A stretch of 44,116 nt of DNA from a virus, in IMG/VR virus record IMGVR_UViG_3300045988_010956; one strand, written 5' to 3'. Positions 1 to 8,545 of this stretch are shown piece by piece; within the stretch, counting starts at the first letter, position 1; the number at the start of each line of letters is the position of its first letter. Position numbers and translations under genes: made by a program. Below the pieces are notes generated by a model. It saw nothing but the letters and a program-made list of their open reading frames with translations. It was not told the origin of the DNA and did not search any database.

Positions 1-99
1 ATTTTTTTTGCTTCCTCTTCGGTATATCCATAAAATTTCATCAAATAACGCCAAAATGCTACATGCCCGGAATTTACATAACTGTACCACGTCATCCTG
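1..99. repeat. Terminal direct repeat, copy 1 (identical to 44018..44116)
   Basis: ATTTTTTTTGCTTCCTCTTCGGTATATCC...GTACCACGTCATCCTG is found base-for-base at both window ends. Confidence 0.95.
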
Positions 100-1397
100 T
101 CTTCTTCTCTGTTGTATGTAAAATCACCAAAATCATAATTAACTATATACTGGACATATTTCTTTTTCTTTTCGTCGTAAATCCAGTTAGAATCTGGCGC
201 GATACCATACAAATCTGCAAATGTATTTAGGGCGTATATAGTGTCATTCAAACAACACTCTAGTTTATCTCTAACATCCTTAATCAGCTGGATTGTCCGT
301 CGGTCGTCTGCTTCTACCTGCGTAGCCGTCACCATGCCGGTTTTTTCATTAAAAGCAAAGTACCCGTTGGAGAATCCAATCTTGTACCCTAACTGGCTTA
401 AAATGGCGTTTATGCCGCTTATACGGGTATCTGTGTTGAGAATTGGATTGATTTCTTGATAAAACTCTTTCTCGTCCTGTCCGAATACATTCTTGACAAA
501 GTGCGGTAAGTTCATCTCATTACGTCTGTTCTCCATGCCCTGTGGTGACATGGTTGCTACAGGTGTACCGCTTGGCATCAGCAATCTGTCATCTGCCAGA
601 ACAATCTTCTGCGAATCAAAAATCTCTCCGACGTTTCTGCTGTATGCAATATCGAGGTCTTTTAACTCCTCAATGGCTTCGGCAAATATCGGAAGTCCAA
701 GTGGTGTGCTGATATCTACATTGTTCGCTTGTGGTGTCCGCAGCACTCCGTACAAAGCTCCGTCTAGCTTCTCACCGTTTGCCTTGAGTATCGGCGGCGT
801 ATCTGCCATAAGGTCAGCCCATTTGGTCTGTTTAAGATCAATTTTATCTCCGATTGACTGAGGGGATTTTGATACATAAGCTCTGTTGGAAACATAATAC
901 GGATAGGTTGTCACTCCGTCCACTATTGTCTCAACAAATCTGTGATATTCAAGCCTTGTGTAGTATTTCCGACCAACCGTATAAGAATCCTTGAATATAA
1001 TTCCTTTGATCTCCTGGTTGTCGTAATCTACAATCATCACATCTGCCGGAGTAAATACATCAAGGCTCTCGCCGTTTGGCTTAATAAATACTGTTCCGTA
1101 AGCACATCCATATTCCACCCAGTGACGGATCTGGAAATACGCCTTGTCTATCTGTTCCTGTAACCATGCTGCCCTTGCGGAACCGTCAATCTGAATGCCG
1201 ATCGCCAATGTTGCAAGTCTGGCAGTCTCAGAGCACACAGATTTAGCAAAATTAATCGTCTTGATGTTATTCTTATCATCTAACCATTCCGGAACTCCCC
1301 TGTAAATGTTCGCGCACCGGTTAATCAGTGATTCCATTTCTGGAAATTCTGCCGCCTGAATATTAAAGTCCTCTTCGGCTTGCTTTTTAAAAATCAT
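1..1397 (-). CDS. Portal protein (SPP1 Gp6-like), N-terminal ~465 codons; the ORF leaves the window at base 1 and continues at 44017..43963
   Basis: Own translation from ATG 1395..1397 (RBS AAGGTGG upstream): MIFKKQAEEDFNIQAAEFPEMESLINRCANIYRGVPEWLDDKNNIKTINFAKSV...WVEYGCAYGTVFIKPNGE... It is open to base 1. It is absent from the ORF track because it has no stop inside the window edge. It lies directly downstream of the terminase. Confidence 0.85.
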   Translation of the reverse strand, partial: MIFKKQAEEDFNIQAAEFPEMESLINRCANIYRGVPEWLDDKNNIKTINFAKSVCSETARLATLAIGIQIDGSARAAWLQEQIDKAYFQIRHWVEYGCAYGTVFIKPNGESLDVFTPADVMIVDYDNQEIKGIIFKDSYTVGRKYYTRLEYHRFVETIVDGVTTYPYYVSNRAYVSKSPQSIGDKIDLKQTKWADLMADTPPILKANGEKLDGALYGVLRTPQANNVDISTPLGLPIFAEAIEELKDLDIAYSRNVGEIFDSQKIVLADDRLLMPSGTPVATMSPQGMENRRNEMNLPHFVKNVFGQDEKEFYQEINPILNTDTRISGINAILSQLGYKIGFSNGYFAFNEKTGMVTATQVEADDRRTIQLIKDVRDKLECCLNDTIYALNTFADLYGIAPDSNWIYDEKKKKYVQYIVNYDFGDFTYNREEDRMTWYSYVNSGHVAFWRYLMKFYGYTEEEAKK

Positions 1398-1433
1398 ATT
1401 AAACCACCTTTTCAGTGTTGTTATAAGTCCCAT

Positions 1434-1622
1434 TTAATCACCTGAATTAGCTGATTTCAGCACATTTCTGATAAACTCTATGTCTTTATTGAAATTCTTT
1501 ATATCTTCGTTCTGTATCTCTACTGGTTTATCATTCCACAATTCTCTTCCGGCTCTTTGCCCTTGGAAGAATTGGAATTTGTCCAGAATTTCCAAACATT
1601 TAAATATTTCTTTGCTATTCAT
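1434..1622 (-). CDS. Hypothetical small protein between terminase and portal
   Basis: 62 aa starting MNSKEIFKCLEILDKFQFFQGQRAGRELW. Its ATG at 1620..1622 overlaps the terminase stop (TAATG). The track ORF extends to 1649, inside the terminase gene. Confidence 0.6.
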   Translation of the reverse strand: MNSKEIFKCLEILDKFQFFQGQRAGRELWNDKPVEIQNEDIKNFNKDIEFIRNVLKSANSGD

Positions 1623-3244
1623 TATGCACTGTGCCCCCTTCTTCTCCATAATGATTCTGTTGCATACCTACTTGCATCAATCAAATGGTTATCTTTGTCT
1701 GGATAACCACTAATGATATTTCCTTCCTTATCTCTTTCGTATTCATAATTAGAAAACTCTTTATAAGCGTTAGGCGTTCTCTTAGGGTCGATAACAATAG
1801 TTCTTGTTTGAAGCCATTTCATAGAATATGCTACACTTCCAGGTCCTTTTATTGCACCTACTGCTGGGAGTCCAAAATCTCTATAATCATTGATTGATTT
1901 AGGTTCGGCTGAATCGCAAGTAATAGTATAATCATTATATTTTCTTTTTAAAATCTCGTCCGCTGATTCTCTATTGCTCCATTTGTCTTCGTAAATTTCA
2001 TCAATGAAATATATTTTTTCGGTGTTGTGATTGTAATACAAACGGATAAAAGCATACGAATCAGGAAAAAAGCCCCAGTCGCACCCCTGAAATATTTTGT
2101 CCATGTGACCGATTTCTTCATCTGTGATATCTCTAATCTCCAGATATTCAAATACGTTTCCGCCGTTTCCATTCGCAATTCCCATGTACTCATGTTCATA
2201 AGCGTTTGGATTGACTTCTTTCAGATGCTCTGCTTCGTCAATAAATGGCTGCCCCAGCCATTTTTTTGGCACGTCCAAGTAAGTTGATGAGTGGACTATT
2301 CTGTTCTCTTTTGGTTCGAGAACATACTTATTAGCCCAGTTATTCATTGTTTTTGGTGGATTGAAGCTTTTAAATATCCATGCAAGGTTTCCACCACGGA
2401 TGGCGGACTGTTCAATCTTACGAATCTCCTCAGGTCCCGCGAATTGGTCTAACTCTTCGAACCAGAGAATGCCAATATATCCGAACTCAGGGTTAATGGA
2501 TTTAATCTTGTCAGGGTCATCAGCACCACGGAAATATATCTTTTGTCCGGTTGATTTCAGTGTAATCTCCATAGGTGATAACTTAGAATCAAATTCTTCT
2601 GTAAATTCCTGTTTTCCAATGGCCCATTTGATTTTGTTGTATACAGAATCCTTAATGGTGTTCCCGACCTTACGGCAAACCACAGCATGGATGTCATGAT
2701 TGTTCTTCATCAACTCTACTATAGTCATTCCAACAGTGGTTGATTTCGTGGAGCCACGTCCGCCCTTAAACACATACTCCAGATGTTCCTTATCTCGAAT
2801 ATCTCTAATAGCTTGGTGAAAGCGATCAGGAATGTTGTACAGATCCATATGATACGGCTTCGCATTTCTAGCAGCTTCCTCTGCTGCTTTTTTTTCTTCT
2901 TGCTCTTGCTTAATCTTTAATGCCTTTTCCAGATCATTCATGGATTTCAGCTGATCGGAGAAGTCCGGAGCAAAACCGAACGAATCTTTTAGCTCACCCC
3001 TTGCAATCATGGAGCGGCGCTGTTGGATTTCTGCCAGAGACATGATGTCAGTGCCTTTTTGTTTTTCGATGAGAGACTGTTTTTCGGCTATATATGCAGA
3101 AATATTAAGTTTTCTTAAGTTCTGTGCTCCTATTACTTCTGCGTTTTTCTCGGCATATCCAGCTTTTCTCGCGGCGTCAGATGCATTTCCGCCATTTTTT
3201 ATATATTCATCTGCAAACGCTTTCTGTTTAGGCGTTAAGTCCAT
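1622..3244 (-). CDS. Terminase: small-subunit domain fused in frame to a PBSX-type large subunit
   Basis: 540 aa. Residues ~1-130 (MDLTPKQKAFADEYIKNGGNASDAARKAGYAEKNAEVIGAQNLRKLNISAYI...) look like a Terminase_2/P27-type small subunit HTH. The rest carries the Walker A motif FKGGRGSTKSTT and the length and layout of a PBSX-family large terminase. Confidence 0.85.
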   Translation of the reverse strand: MDLTPKQKAFADEYIKNGGNASDAARKAGYAEKNAEVIGAQNLRKLNISAYIAEKQSLIEKQKGTDIMSLAEIQQRRSMIARGELKDSFGFAPDFSDQLKSMNDLEKALKIKQEQEEKKAAEEAARNAKPYHMDLYNIPDRFHQAIRDIRDKEHLEYVFKGGRGSTKSTTVGMTIVELMKNNHDIHAVVCRKVGNTIKDSVYNKIKWAIGKQEFTEEFDSKLSPMEITLKSTGQKIYFRGADDPDKIKSINPEFGYIGILWFEELDQFAGPEEIRKIEQSAIRGGNLAWIFKSFNPPKTMNNWANKYVLEPKENRIVHSSTYLDVPKKWLGQPFIDEAEHLKEVNPNAYEHEYMGIANGNGGNVFEYLEIRDITDEEIGHMDKIFQGCDWGFFPDSYAFIRLYYNHNTEKIYFIDEIYEDKWSNRESADEILKRKYNDYTITCDSAEPKSINDYRDFGLPAVGAIKGPGSVAYSMKWLQTRTIVIDPKRTPNAYKEFSNYEYERDKEGNIISGYPDKDNHLIDASRYATESLWRRRGHSA

Positions 3245-3264
3245 CTAATCACCTCTGTCTATCC

Positions 3265-3522
3265 TCATTTTCTGACTGCCTCCCATATTTCTTTTAGGCA
3301 CATGACTACATCGTACTGAGATGCAGTTCGTAATATTTCATAATCACAATCCTTCCATTCACCGCGCTTTGTTGGCCTGAACACTGGTGTTGATACGATT
3401 GTTACTGTAATCAATCGTTCTTGCTCATGACTATAGAATTGTGATGTTCCGATTTTTATGATTAATCCGGTGGACAATATAGCTTTTTGAAGTTTTCTTG
3501 TAACTGCTTTTAAGTTCGCCAT
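3265..3522 (-). CDS. Hypothetical protein, first gene of the late operon
   Basis: 85 aa; RBS GAGGTGA before the ATG; immediately downstream of promoter-like element A. Confidence 0.6.
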   Translation of the reverse strand: MANLKAVTRKLQKAILSTGLIIKIGTSQFYSHEQERLITVTIVSTPVFRPTKRGEWKDCDYEILRTASQYDVVMCLKEIWEAVRK

Positions 3523-3573
3523 ATTATCACCTCATTTCTGGCTATAAAATCCCATAGTAACACTTCTGAGTAT

Positions 3574-3612
3574 ATTCTATCACAGGTCAGTAGAAAAGTT
3601 GTGGTACATGTT
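3574..3612 (-). promoter_or_regulatory. Late-promoter-like element A: AACATGTACCACAACTTTT - 11 nt - TGA - TAGAAT
   Basis: The 19-bp core at 3594..3612 (plus strand AAAAGTTGTGGTACATGTT) is identical to cores at 36844..36862 and 41795..41813. The -10 TAGAAT lies at 3579..3574, preceded by TGN. The element is intergenic. Confidence 0.6.
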
Positions 3613-3661
3613 TGAGGAATTTTGTGCTAAAAAAGAGCCGGTAAATACCGACTCTCTAATT

Positions 3662-3886
3662 TTATTCATTGCTTTGTAATTTTCTGATCGTCTCGCCCTG
3701 ATCTCCTGGACACCCCATGAAACATTCCGGGCAATGTTCGTAAAACGTGCATCTGATGCAGTCATGTGGACTGATTGAGCTGCAATATTGATGTAGTACT
3801 GCGAATGCTGATATGGCGAGTTGCGGGGTTATGTCTGGTGTAAGTTTATCTGGTTTTGTTGCCTTTATCACATCTTTTACTTTCAT
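3662..3886 (-). CDS. Hypothetical Cys/His-rich small protein
   Basis: 74 aa with the cluster CIRCTFYEHCPECFMGC; co-directional and tightly packed. Confidence 0.55.
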   Translation of the reverse strand: MKVKDVIKATKPDKLTPDITPQLAISAFAVLHQYCSSISPHDCIRCTFYEHCPECFMGCPGDQGETIRKLQSNE

Positions 3887-4098
3887 TTCTTCATCTCCTC
3901 CAACTTCTTCTCTATCGGATTAATAATCTCTTCCAATACCTGTTGCTCATAATTTTCTTTCCAAAATTTCTCTCTTTTCCAAAACGGAACTTTTTTAACT
4001 TCGCCTATTAAATCAATACACGCCATTGCTTCCAGCATTCCCCAACATCCATCACATGCTCTTTCGTTGCACCAGTTTACAAATTCTTTAAATTTCAT
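3883..4098 (-). CDS. Hypothetical protein
   Basis: The likely start is MKFKEFVNWCNERACDGCWG at ATG 4096..4098, with RBS GGAGGAA. The track ORF extends to 4200 but overlaps the upstream gene. Confidence 0.55.
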   Translation of the reverse strand: MKFKEFVNWCNERACDGCWGMLEAMACIDLIGEVKKVPFWKREKFWKENYEQQVLEEIINPIEKKLEEMKK

Positions 4099-4498
4099 TC
4101 TTGAGTTCCTCCAACTTCTTCTCAGCTTCCTCGTGGGTGAGGAATACTGCTTTGCCAAGTTTGTTTCCTGAAAATCCGTCCAAGTTGGGATAGATTCCAC
4201 TGTTCAACATCCACCTGAAATAAGTGTCATGCATATCAACTGATATCATTACGATTCTCAATTCTGAAATAAAATTTCTTGTTGGAACATATACCGTATC
4301 TCCGACCTTACACGGCAATCTCACAAGCAAGCCCTGTTCTTCTAAGTCCTCGTAGTCGGCAAGTTTTTTAATCATATTCTTTATTGTTTCGCAATTTCCT
4401 GCGCCCTGTGAGCAGCTATCACAATATTCACCACATTCAATCTCTCGTTTTTCGTTATATGTGACACTACCATTTTCCCATTCAGTTAATCTTTCCAT
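4088..4498 (-). CDS. Hypothetical protein with N-terminal Cys cluster
   Basis: 136 aa; contains CGEYCDSCSQGAGNC; abuts the upstream gene. Confidence 0.6.
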   Translation of the reverse strand: MERLTEWENGSVTYNEKREIECGEYCDSCSQGAGNCETIKNMIKKLADYEDLEEQGLLVRLPCKVGDTVYVPTRNFISELRIVMISVDMHDTYFRWMLNSGIYPNLDGFSGNKLGKAVFLTHEEAEKKLEELKNEI

Positions 4499-4888
4499 CT
4501 ATTTCACCTCTTCCATTTGACTTTCTACAGTATCTGCAAGTAGCTTCAACGATTCAATAAATGAGTCCGTCAATGCTGTTCTGTCTGGGTATTTAGCGAA
4601 TGCTCTGACAAGATTTACTGCATCCTTGATTTCCTCTTCAGCTTCGACGATTTCAGATGCTTCATACAATGTCTTTTCTTTATTTCTGTAAGCAACGTTT
4701 TTGCCATCGTAAAAATTCAATACATTTGGAAATGGAATTTTGATAGGGATTAAATTGTTTTCTCTCACCCATGTGAATCCCTGAAACTTTGCCATTTTCA
4801 GAACGCTCAAATATTCTTCCTGCGTTTTTACGAATACGCTTTTTCCAGTTAAATCAATCATCTGCGTTTCCTCCCGTAATTGCATCAA
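4499..4888 (-). CDS. Hypothetical protein
   Basis: 129-aa ORF in the early operon; no recognised motif. Confidence 0.55.
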   Translation of the reverse strand: MMQLREETQMIDLTGKSVFVKTQEEYLSVLKMAKFQGFTWVRENNLIPIKIPFPNVLNFYDGKNVAYRNKEKTLYEASEIVEAEEEIKDAVNLVRAFAKYPDRTALTDSFIESLKLLADTVESQMEEVK

Positions 4889-5102
4889 TGCAATTATTCC
4901 AACCTGCTTTTATACTGTTCCAATGGTCTGTTACAGCTACTCTAGTTATTTTCTCCGGCAATGGCTTCAATGGACACCAATTAGGGATTACATCATTGTT
5001 CGGAACTCTCCTACCATCCATTGCTCTGCACCAAAATTCGCTTATAAATTTACATTTTTCGCAATTCTCCGGTGTATCAATCACCAATACTGATTTACTC
5101 AT
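4854..5102 (-). CDS. Hypothetical protein (CxxC-containing)
   Basis: 82 aa; contains PENCEKCKF and NWCPLKPLP. Confidence 0.55.
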   Translation of the reverse strand: MSKSVLVIDTPENCEKCKFISEFWCRAMDGRRVPNNDVIPNWCPLKPLPEKITRVAVTDHWNSIKAGWNNCIDAITGGNADD

Positions 5103-5359
5103 TCAGTTCCACCGCCTTTCACGATTTCGATTGCTAAAGCTATCGTCTGTTCTTTTTCAATGTATCTCAGTCTTTGCGTGCTGTCATTAGTTCCCAAACA
5201 TAGTTTAAATGCTCTCTTCTTTTCTTCTTCTAACCGCTCCACAACCTTATCCACATCAAAAACTGTCGGCTGTTCGTCAATAACTGCACCTATTGCAAAA
5301 TCCATATCCGAATTTCCAAGAGAGTCAATTATTTTGTCTGCATCAATCAGTCTGCTCAT
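5099..5359 (-). CDS. Hypothetical protein
   Basis: 86 aa; 4-nt overlap with the downstream gene. Confidence 0.55.
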   Translation of the reverse strand: MSRLIDADKIIDSLGNSDMDFAIGAVIDEQPTVFDVDKVVERLEEEKKRAFKLCLGTNDSTQRLRYIEKEQTIALAIEIVKGGGTE

Positions 5360-5582
5360 CTACTTCACCCTCTTTCTCGTCAAAAGCCAAATCAACTCTG
5401 ATTACATCCGTTCCTGTCGCGAAAAAACAATTTACTTCTAAGTCGTAAAATGGTTTCAGCAGCTTCGATCTGGCATTGAATGTATCGTAATTCTCCCGGT
5501 TTCTGCCCGGGTGACATATCTGTATTTTATTTTTACTTTCAGGATCGCCGCCAATTGCTGCTATTAAATCAATTAACTTCAT
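5343..5582 (-). CDS. Hypothetical protein
   Basis: 79 aa; abuts the upstream gene. Confidence 0.55.
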   Translation of the reverse strand: MKLIDLIAAIGGDPESKNKIQICHPGRNRENYDTFNARSKLLKPFYDLEVNCFFATGTDVIRVDLAFDEKEGEVDEQTD

Positions 5583-5897
5583 TTATTTTTCCTCCCACAC
5601 TCCCAACAACCGCATCCTCTCATACAGTACAGCGACGGTCTTGCGTCTGTATCCGTAGAAGTCTTTCGGATTCATTGGGATATATCTTTCTCTGCTGATT
5701 TTTCTGTAACTTTTCCGGTGTAAGATATTTTCAATAACCATATCCGCTATCACCGTGTTCTTCGGGCAAGCTGACAAGGCAGCACCGGAAAGCAGGTATC
5801 CGTACTCTGCCGGGAAGTCTTTCAGCATCGTATTCAGTTTTTCAATGTCCTCTGCCGGAATACCGTAGTCTTTCAGCTTTTTATTCCTTGTCAGCAT
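5583..5897 (-). CDS. Putative phage transcriptional regulator (ArpU/RinA-like late activator, tentative)
   Basis: The start MLTRNKKLKDYG at ATG 5895..5897 has RBS AAAGGAG. The C-terminal part SYRKISRERYIPMNPKDFYGYRRKTVAVLYERMRLLG resembles the sigma region-4-like HTH tail of phage late activators. The gene lies upstream of the packaging genes. Confidence 0.35.
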   Translation of the reverse strand: MLTRNKKLKDYGIPAEDIEKLNTMLKDFPAEYGYLLSGAALSACPKNTVIADMVIENILHRKSYRKISRERYIPMNPKDFYGYRRKTVAVLYERMRLLGVWEEK

Positions 5898-6008
5898 ACC
5901 GTTCTCCTTTCTATTTGTCTGAGTGGTGCTTATCGTACATGATCGCCACACATACAAGGCCAACCACTCCGACTATGACTCCAAGTGTAAGCCCTAACAA
6001 GAATGTAA

Positions 6009-6416
6009 TCATGGCTCGTCCTCCTTATATGGTTCTGGATAGTCCATCCATGCAACTACTGTTCCGCCTAAAACTTTTTTATCCGTTCTCCAAATTCCAT
6101 CAGTAGTATGTGCCTGCTCTACCAATACTGCTCCATCGTCAAATACAACTGTAGCAATCACATATTTAGATGTTTTTTCGAACATTCCTCTTTTCCAGTT
6201 ATCCGTTCCTTTAAACTTTGCAAATATGGAATCGTGTTCTTCCGGCATCCTCTCACTGACTGGAATCCAACCATTTTCTTTCTCGTCCTGTTCCAGATCA
6301 TCCTTAATCTGTTCTATCATTTCCAGAACATCGCTTGCCAAAACCATCTGGTGGTCATCCGCAAGTTTCTTCACAAAATCATGATAATCCGATAATCTGT
6401 CTTTGATATGGCTCAT
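6009..6416 (-). CDS. DUF551-like phage protein
   Basis: 135 aa; contains the GWIPVSERMPEE motif typical of DUF551. Confidence 0.5.
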   Translation of the reverse strand: MSHIKDRLSDYHDFVKKLADDHQMVLASDVLEMIEQIKDDLEQDEKENGWIPVSERMPEEHDSIFAKFKGTDNWKRGMFEKTSKYVIATVVFDDGAVLVEQAHTTDGIWRTDKKVLGGTVVAWMDYPEPYKEDEP

Positions 6417-6432
6417 ATTATTCCATCCTTTC

Positions 6433-6999
6433 TCAATTCCAGCTTCTTACCATGTGAAACAACAGTTCTGTCATGGATCTTTTTCTTGACCCATTGTGTC
6501 CACACTTCAAAATAACTGATAATCTCCATTTTTCCACATCTCCATCTAGTGGTGTTGGGTTTTCAAATTCTTCGGCAACATCTCTCTGATACGGAACTGC
6601 AACCATTACTCCCATGTTACCTATTTCCGCGTAACATTCTGGAAAATTCTCACGTATATGTTGGGCAAATTTTCCATTTTTTAAATCAGGTAAAATCTCT
6701 TTGTAGCACTCCATTGTTGTTACAAGATAGTTTTTTTCGCCAATAAAATTTAATCCATTTCCGCTGTAAATATCCTCTTTGCAGCTTTTGATTTCATAGC
6801 ATGTAAATATTCCTTTTTCGATTGATGAGATAGAACACTGGTTTTCCGGAATAAACTGCATGTAATTTACTCTTCTTGGCTTTCCTGCTGCGTAGCCATA
6901 ATCAAGGCTTACTTCTCTAGCCCAGTATTTACCTGGGCCGGAAAAACAGCTTTTTTCCATCAATTGACCAAGAAATTTTGTTGTTTCATATCTTTTCAT
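6433..6999 (-). CDS. PD-(D/E)XK-like (MmcB-like) protein, tentative
   Basis: 188 aa. The pattern WAREVSL...PRRVNYMQF...GIFTCYEIKSCKEDI resembles the restriction-endonuclease-fold core. Confidence 0.35.
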   Translation of the reverse strand: MKRYETTKFLGQLMEKSCFSGPGKYWAREVSLDYGYAAGKPRRVNYMQFIPENQCSISSIEKGIFTCYEIKSCKEDIYSGNGLNFIGEKNYLVTTMECYKEILPDLKNGKFAQHIRENFPECYAEIGNMGVMVAVPYQRDVAEEFENPTPLDGDVEKWRLSVILKCGHNGSRKRSMTELLFHMVRSWN

Positions 7000-7235
7000 A
7001 CTTCCACCTCTGAATCCTCTGGCATCTGATAATCAGCATGTCCATTTACATAGGCTTCCTGAATCATATCCAGTACCTTCATGGCTTTTGTTTCCGTTTC
7101 GTAATGTCCAAGAATTATATAGTCGCTATCTTCAATACCAGATATACCAAAGCAGATAACTTCGCTATCCATTACATAAAAGGTGATATTGTTAGTGCTT
7201 ACAAGATACTTTTTGTTCTGACTTCTGATTAACAT
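6996..7235 (-). CDS. Hypothetical protein
   Basis: 79 aa; start overlaps the stop of the upstream small ORF. Confidence 0.55.
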   Translation of the reverse strand: MLIRSQNKKYLVSTNNITFYVMDSEVICFGISGIEDSDYIILGHYETETKAMKVLDMIQEAYVNGHADYQMPEDSEVEV

Positions 7236-7393
7236 TTTGTATCCTCCTTGTCTTTCTCACAGAATCCTCTGTGTTCATGCGCTGAATACTCGATTCCGCA
7301 ACTGATTTTCATGTATGTGAGTTTTTCTCCTGTCAGTTCGCATTTGTGTTTTCTTACATTCAGATACTTACAGGTTCCGTCACAGTAGCTCAT
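7229..7393 (-). CDS. Small Cys-rich protein (54 aa, below the ORF-track cutoff)
   Basis: Own translation: MSYCDGTCKYLNVRKHKCELTGEKLTYMKISCGIEYSAHEHRGFCEKDKEDTKC. ATGA overlap with the upstream stop, and its stop overlaps the downstream start. Confidence 0.5.
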   Translation of the reverse strand: MSYCDGTCKYLNVRKHKCELTGEKLTYMKISCGIEYSAHEHRGFCEKDKEDTKC

Positions 7394-7746
7394 TTTACGT
7401 CCTCCTTCTTTTTAAATTCCATCTTCAAATCATAAACGAACTGGCAAAGTTTCTCTGCAATCTCGTCTGCATTCTCTACATTTGCAAGCTGTCTAACATA
7501 CTGCTTACCGCAGATAACACAAGTCAACTTTCTGATTGTTTCCCAGACCTGCCATGAGATAATGGAAGAATCGAAAGCTTCTGCCATAAGAGAATATCTT
7601 CCATTTCCATTCTCATCTCTGAACCATTTTTCTCTTGGTGCCTTTAATGTGGTTGCGACGTCTTCTCTGGTAAGGCAGCCTTTGTATTTCTCATCCATAC
7701 GTTTTTCCAGTTCGTCCAAAAGTTCCTTCTTTTCCTGCTCTGTCAT
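7390..7746 (-). CDS. Hypothetical protein
   Basis: 118-aa ORF in the early operon. Confidence 0.55.
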   Translation of the reverse strand: MTEQEKKELLDELEKRMDEKYKGCLTREDVATTLKAPREKWFRDENGNGRYSLMAEAFDSSIISWQVWETIRKLTCVICGKQYVRQLANVENADEIAEKLCQFVYDLKMEFKKKEDVK

Positions 7747-7758
7747 TACATCCTCCTG

Positions 7759-8043
7759 TTATCTATCAAATTCAATGTTGCTGTCTGAATAGAATCTGTA
7801 TGAATCCTCTCTGATTTTCTTAACTTCACGCATGATAATTTCTTTTGCTTTACTGACAGCTTCCTCAAAATCCTCTGTTCTGAGATCGTAGTTGTAAATA
7901 CCCAATGTACTACAGTTGAGAAACAGCGTATCTCCACAGCCGACGTATTTGTGAATAACGATTCTTAAAGAATTATCTTGCAATGTAAAAATACTCCCGG
8001 TTTTGGGTTCTCCTTTGTACTTCGCGTTACTTTTGAATTTCAT
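7759..8043 (-). CDS. Hypothetical protein
   Basis: 94 aa; 4-nt overlap with the upstream gene. Confidence 0.55.
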   Translation of the reverse strand: MKFKSNAKYKGEPKTGSIFTLQDNSLRIVIHKYVGCGDTLFLNCSTLGIYNYDLRTEDFEEAVSKAKEIIMREVKKIREDSYRFYSDSNIEFDR

Positions 8044-8513
8044 TTTGCGTCCTCCTTGTCCTCATAATTCATTACAATTGTAATCACCCGTACCAAAACT
8101 TTCTGAATCTGGTCGTAAATGTGATGATCGTCAGTTCCAAAATGAGAGCGCAATACTGCATTCTGTACGCCCGCAGAATAACAATCTGCCATAAAATCAG
8201 CACTGTACACATCGTCTTTATTGTCAAGCTGTCCGTATTCTCTCCACTGAGCGGTAATAAAATCTTCTACTTTTTCATCCACCACATCGTAGTTGTTTTT
8301 ATCTCCGTTAATATGTCTTACGCAACAGTCAATAAATCCTAATCTGTCGCAATCTCTATAATCTTTTGCTGTCTCCTGTGTGTATTCTCCAAATACACGA
8401 TTGATTTCTTCGTCAAAGTTATCTGGTAAATTAAAAATATCTACTTCCAGTCCTCTTGGAAGATTTATTGTGTAACTTCTCATTTTCCATCCTCGCTTTC
8501 CCCATGTAAGCAA
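8040..8513 (-). CDS. Hypothetical protein
   Basis: 157 aa; no recognised motif. Confidence 0.55.
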   Translation of the reverse strand: MLTWGKRGWKMRSYTINLPRGLEVDIFNLPDNFDEEINRVFGEYTQETAKDYRDCDRLGFIDCCVRHINGDKNNYDVVDEKVEDFITAQWREYGQLDNKDDVYSADFMADCYSAGVQNAVLRSHFGTDDHHIYDQIQKVLVRVITIVMNYEDKEDAK

Positions 8514-8545
8514 CTGACACGCTATTGTGCAATTGATACATGATT

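Noticed and set aside
1-99. Terminal repeats as IS/LTR ends or a physical DTR
   Set aside because: A single ORF (portal) reads straight through the junction, and the length of 99 bp is typical of assembler overlap. The repeats are best explained as circular closure.
3580-3765. 61-aa minus-strand ORF
   Set aside because: It overlaps the 3662..3886 gene in another frame and runs through promoter-like element A. It has no RBS.
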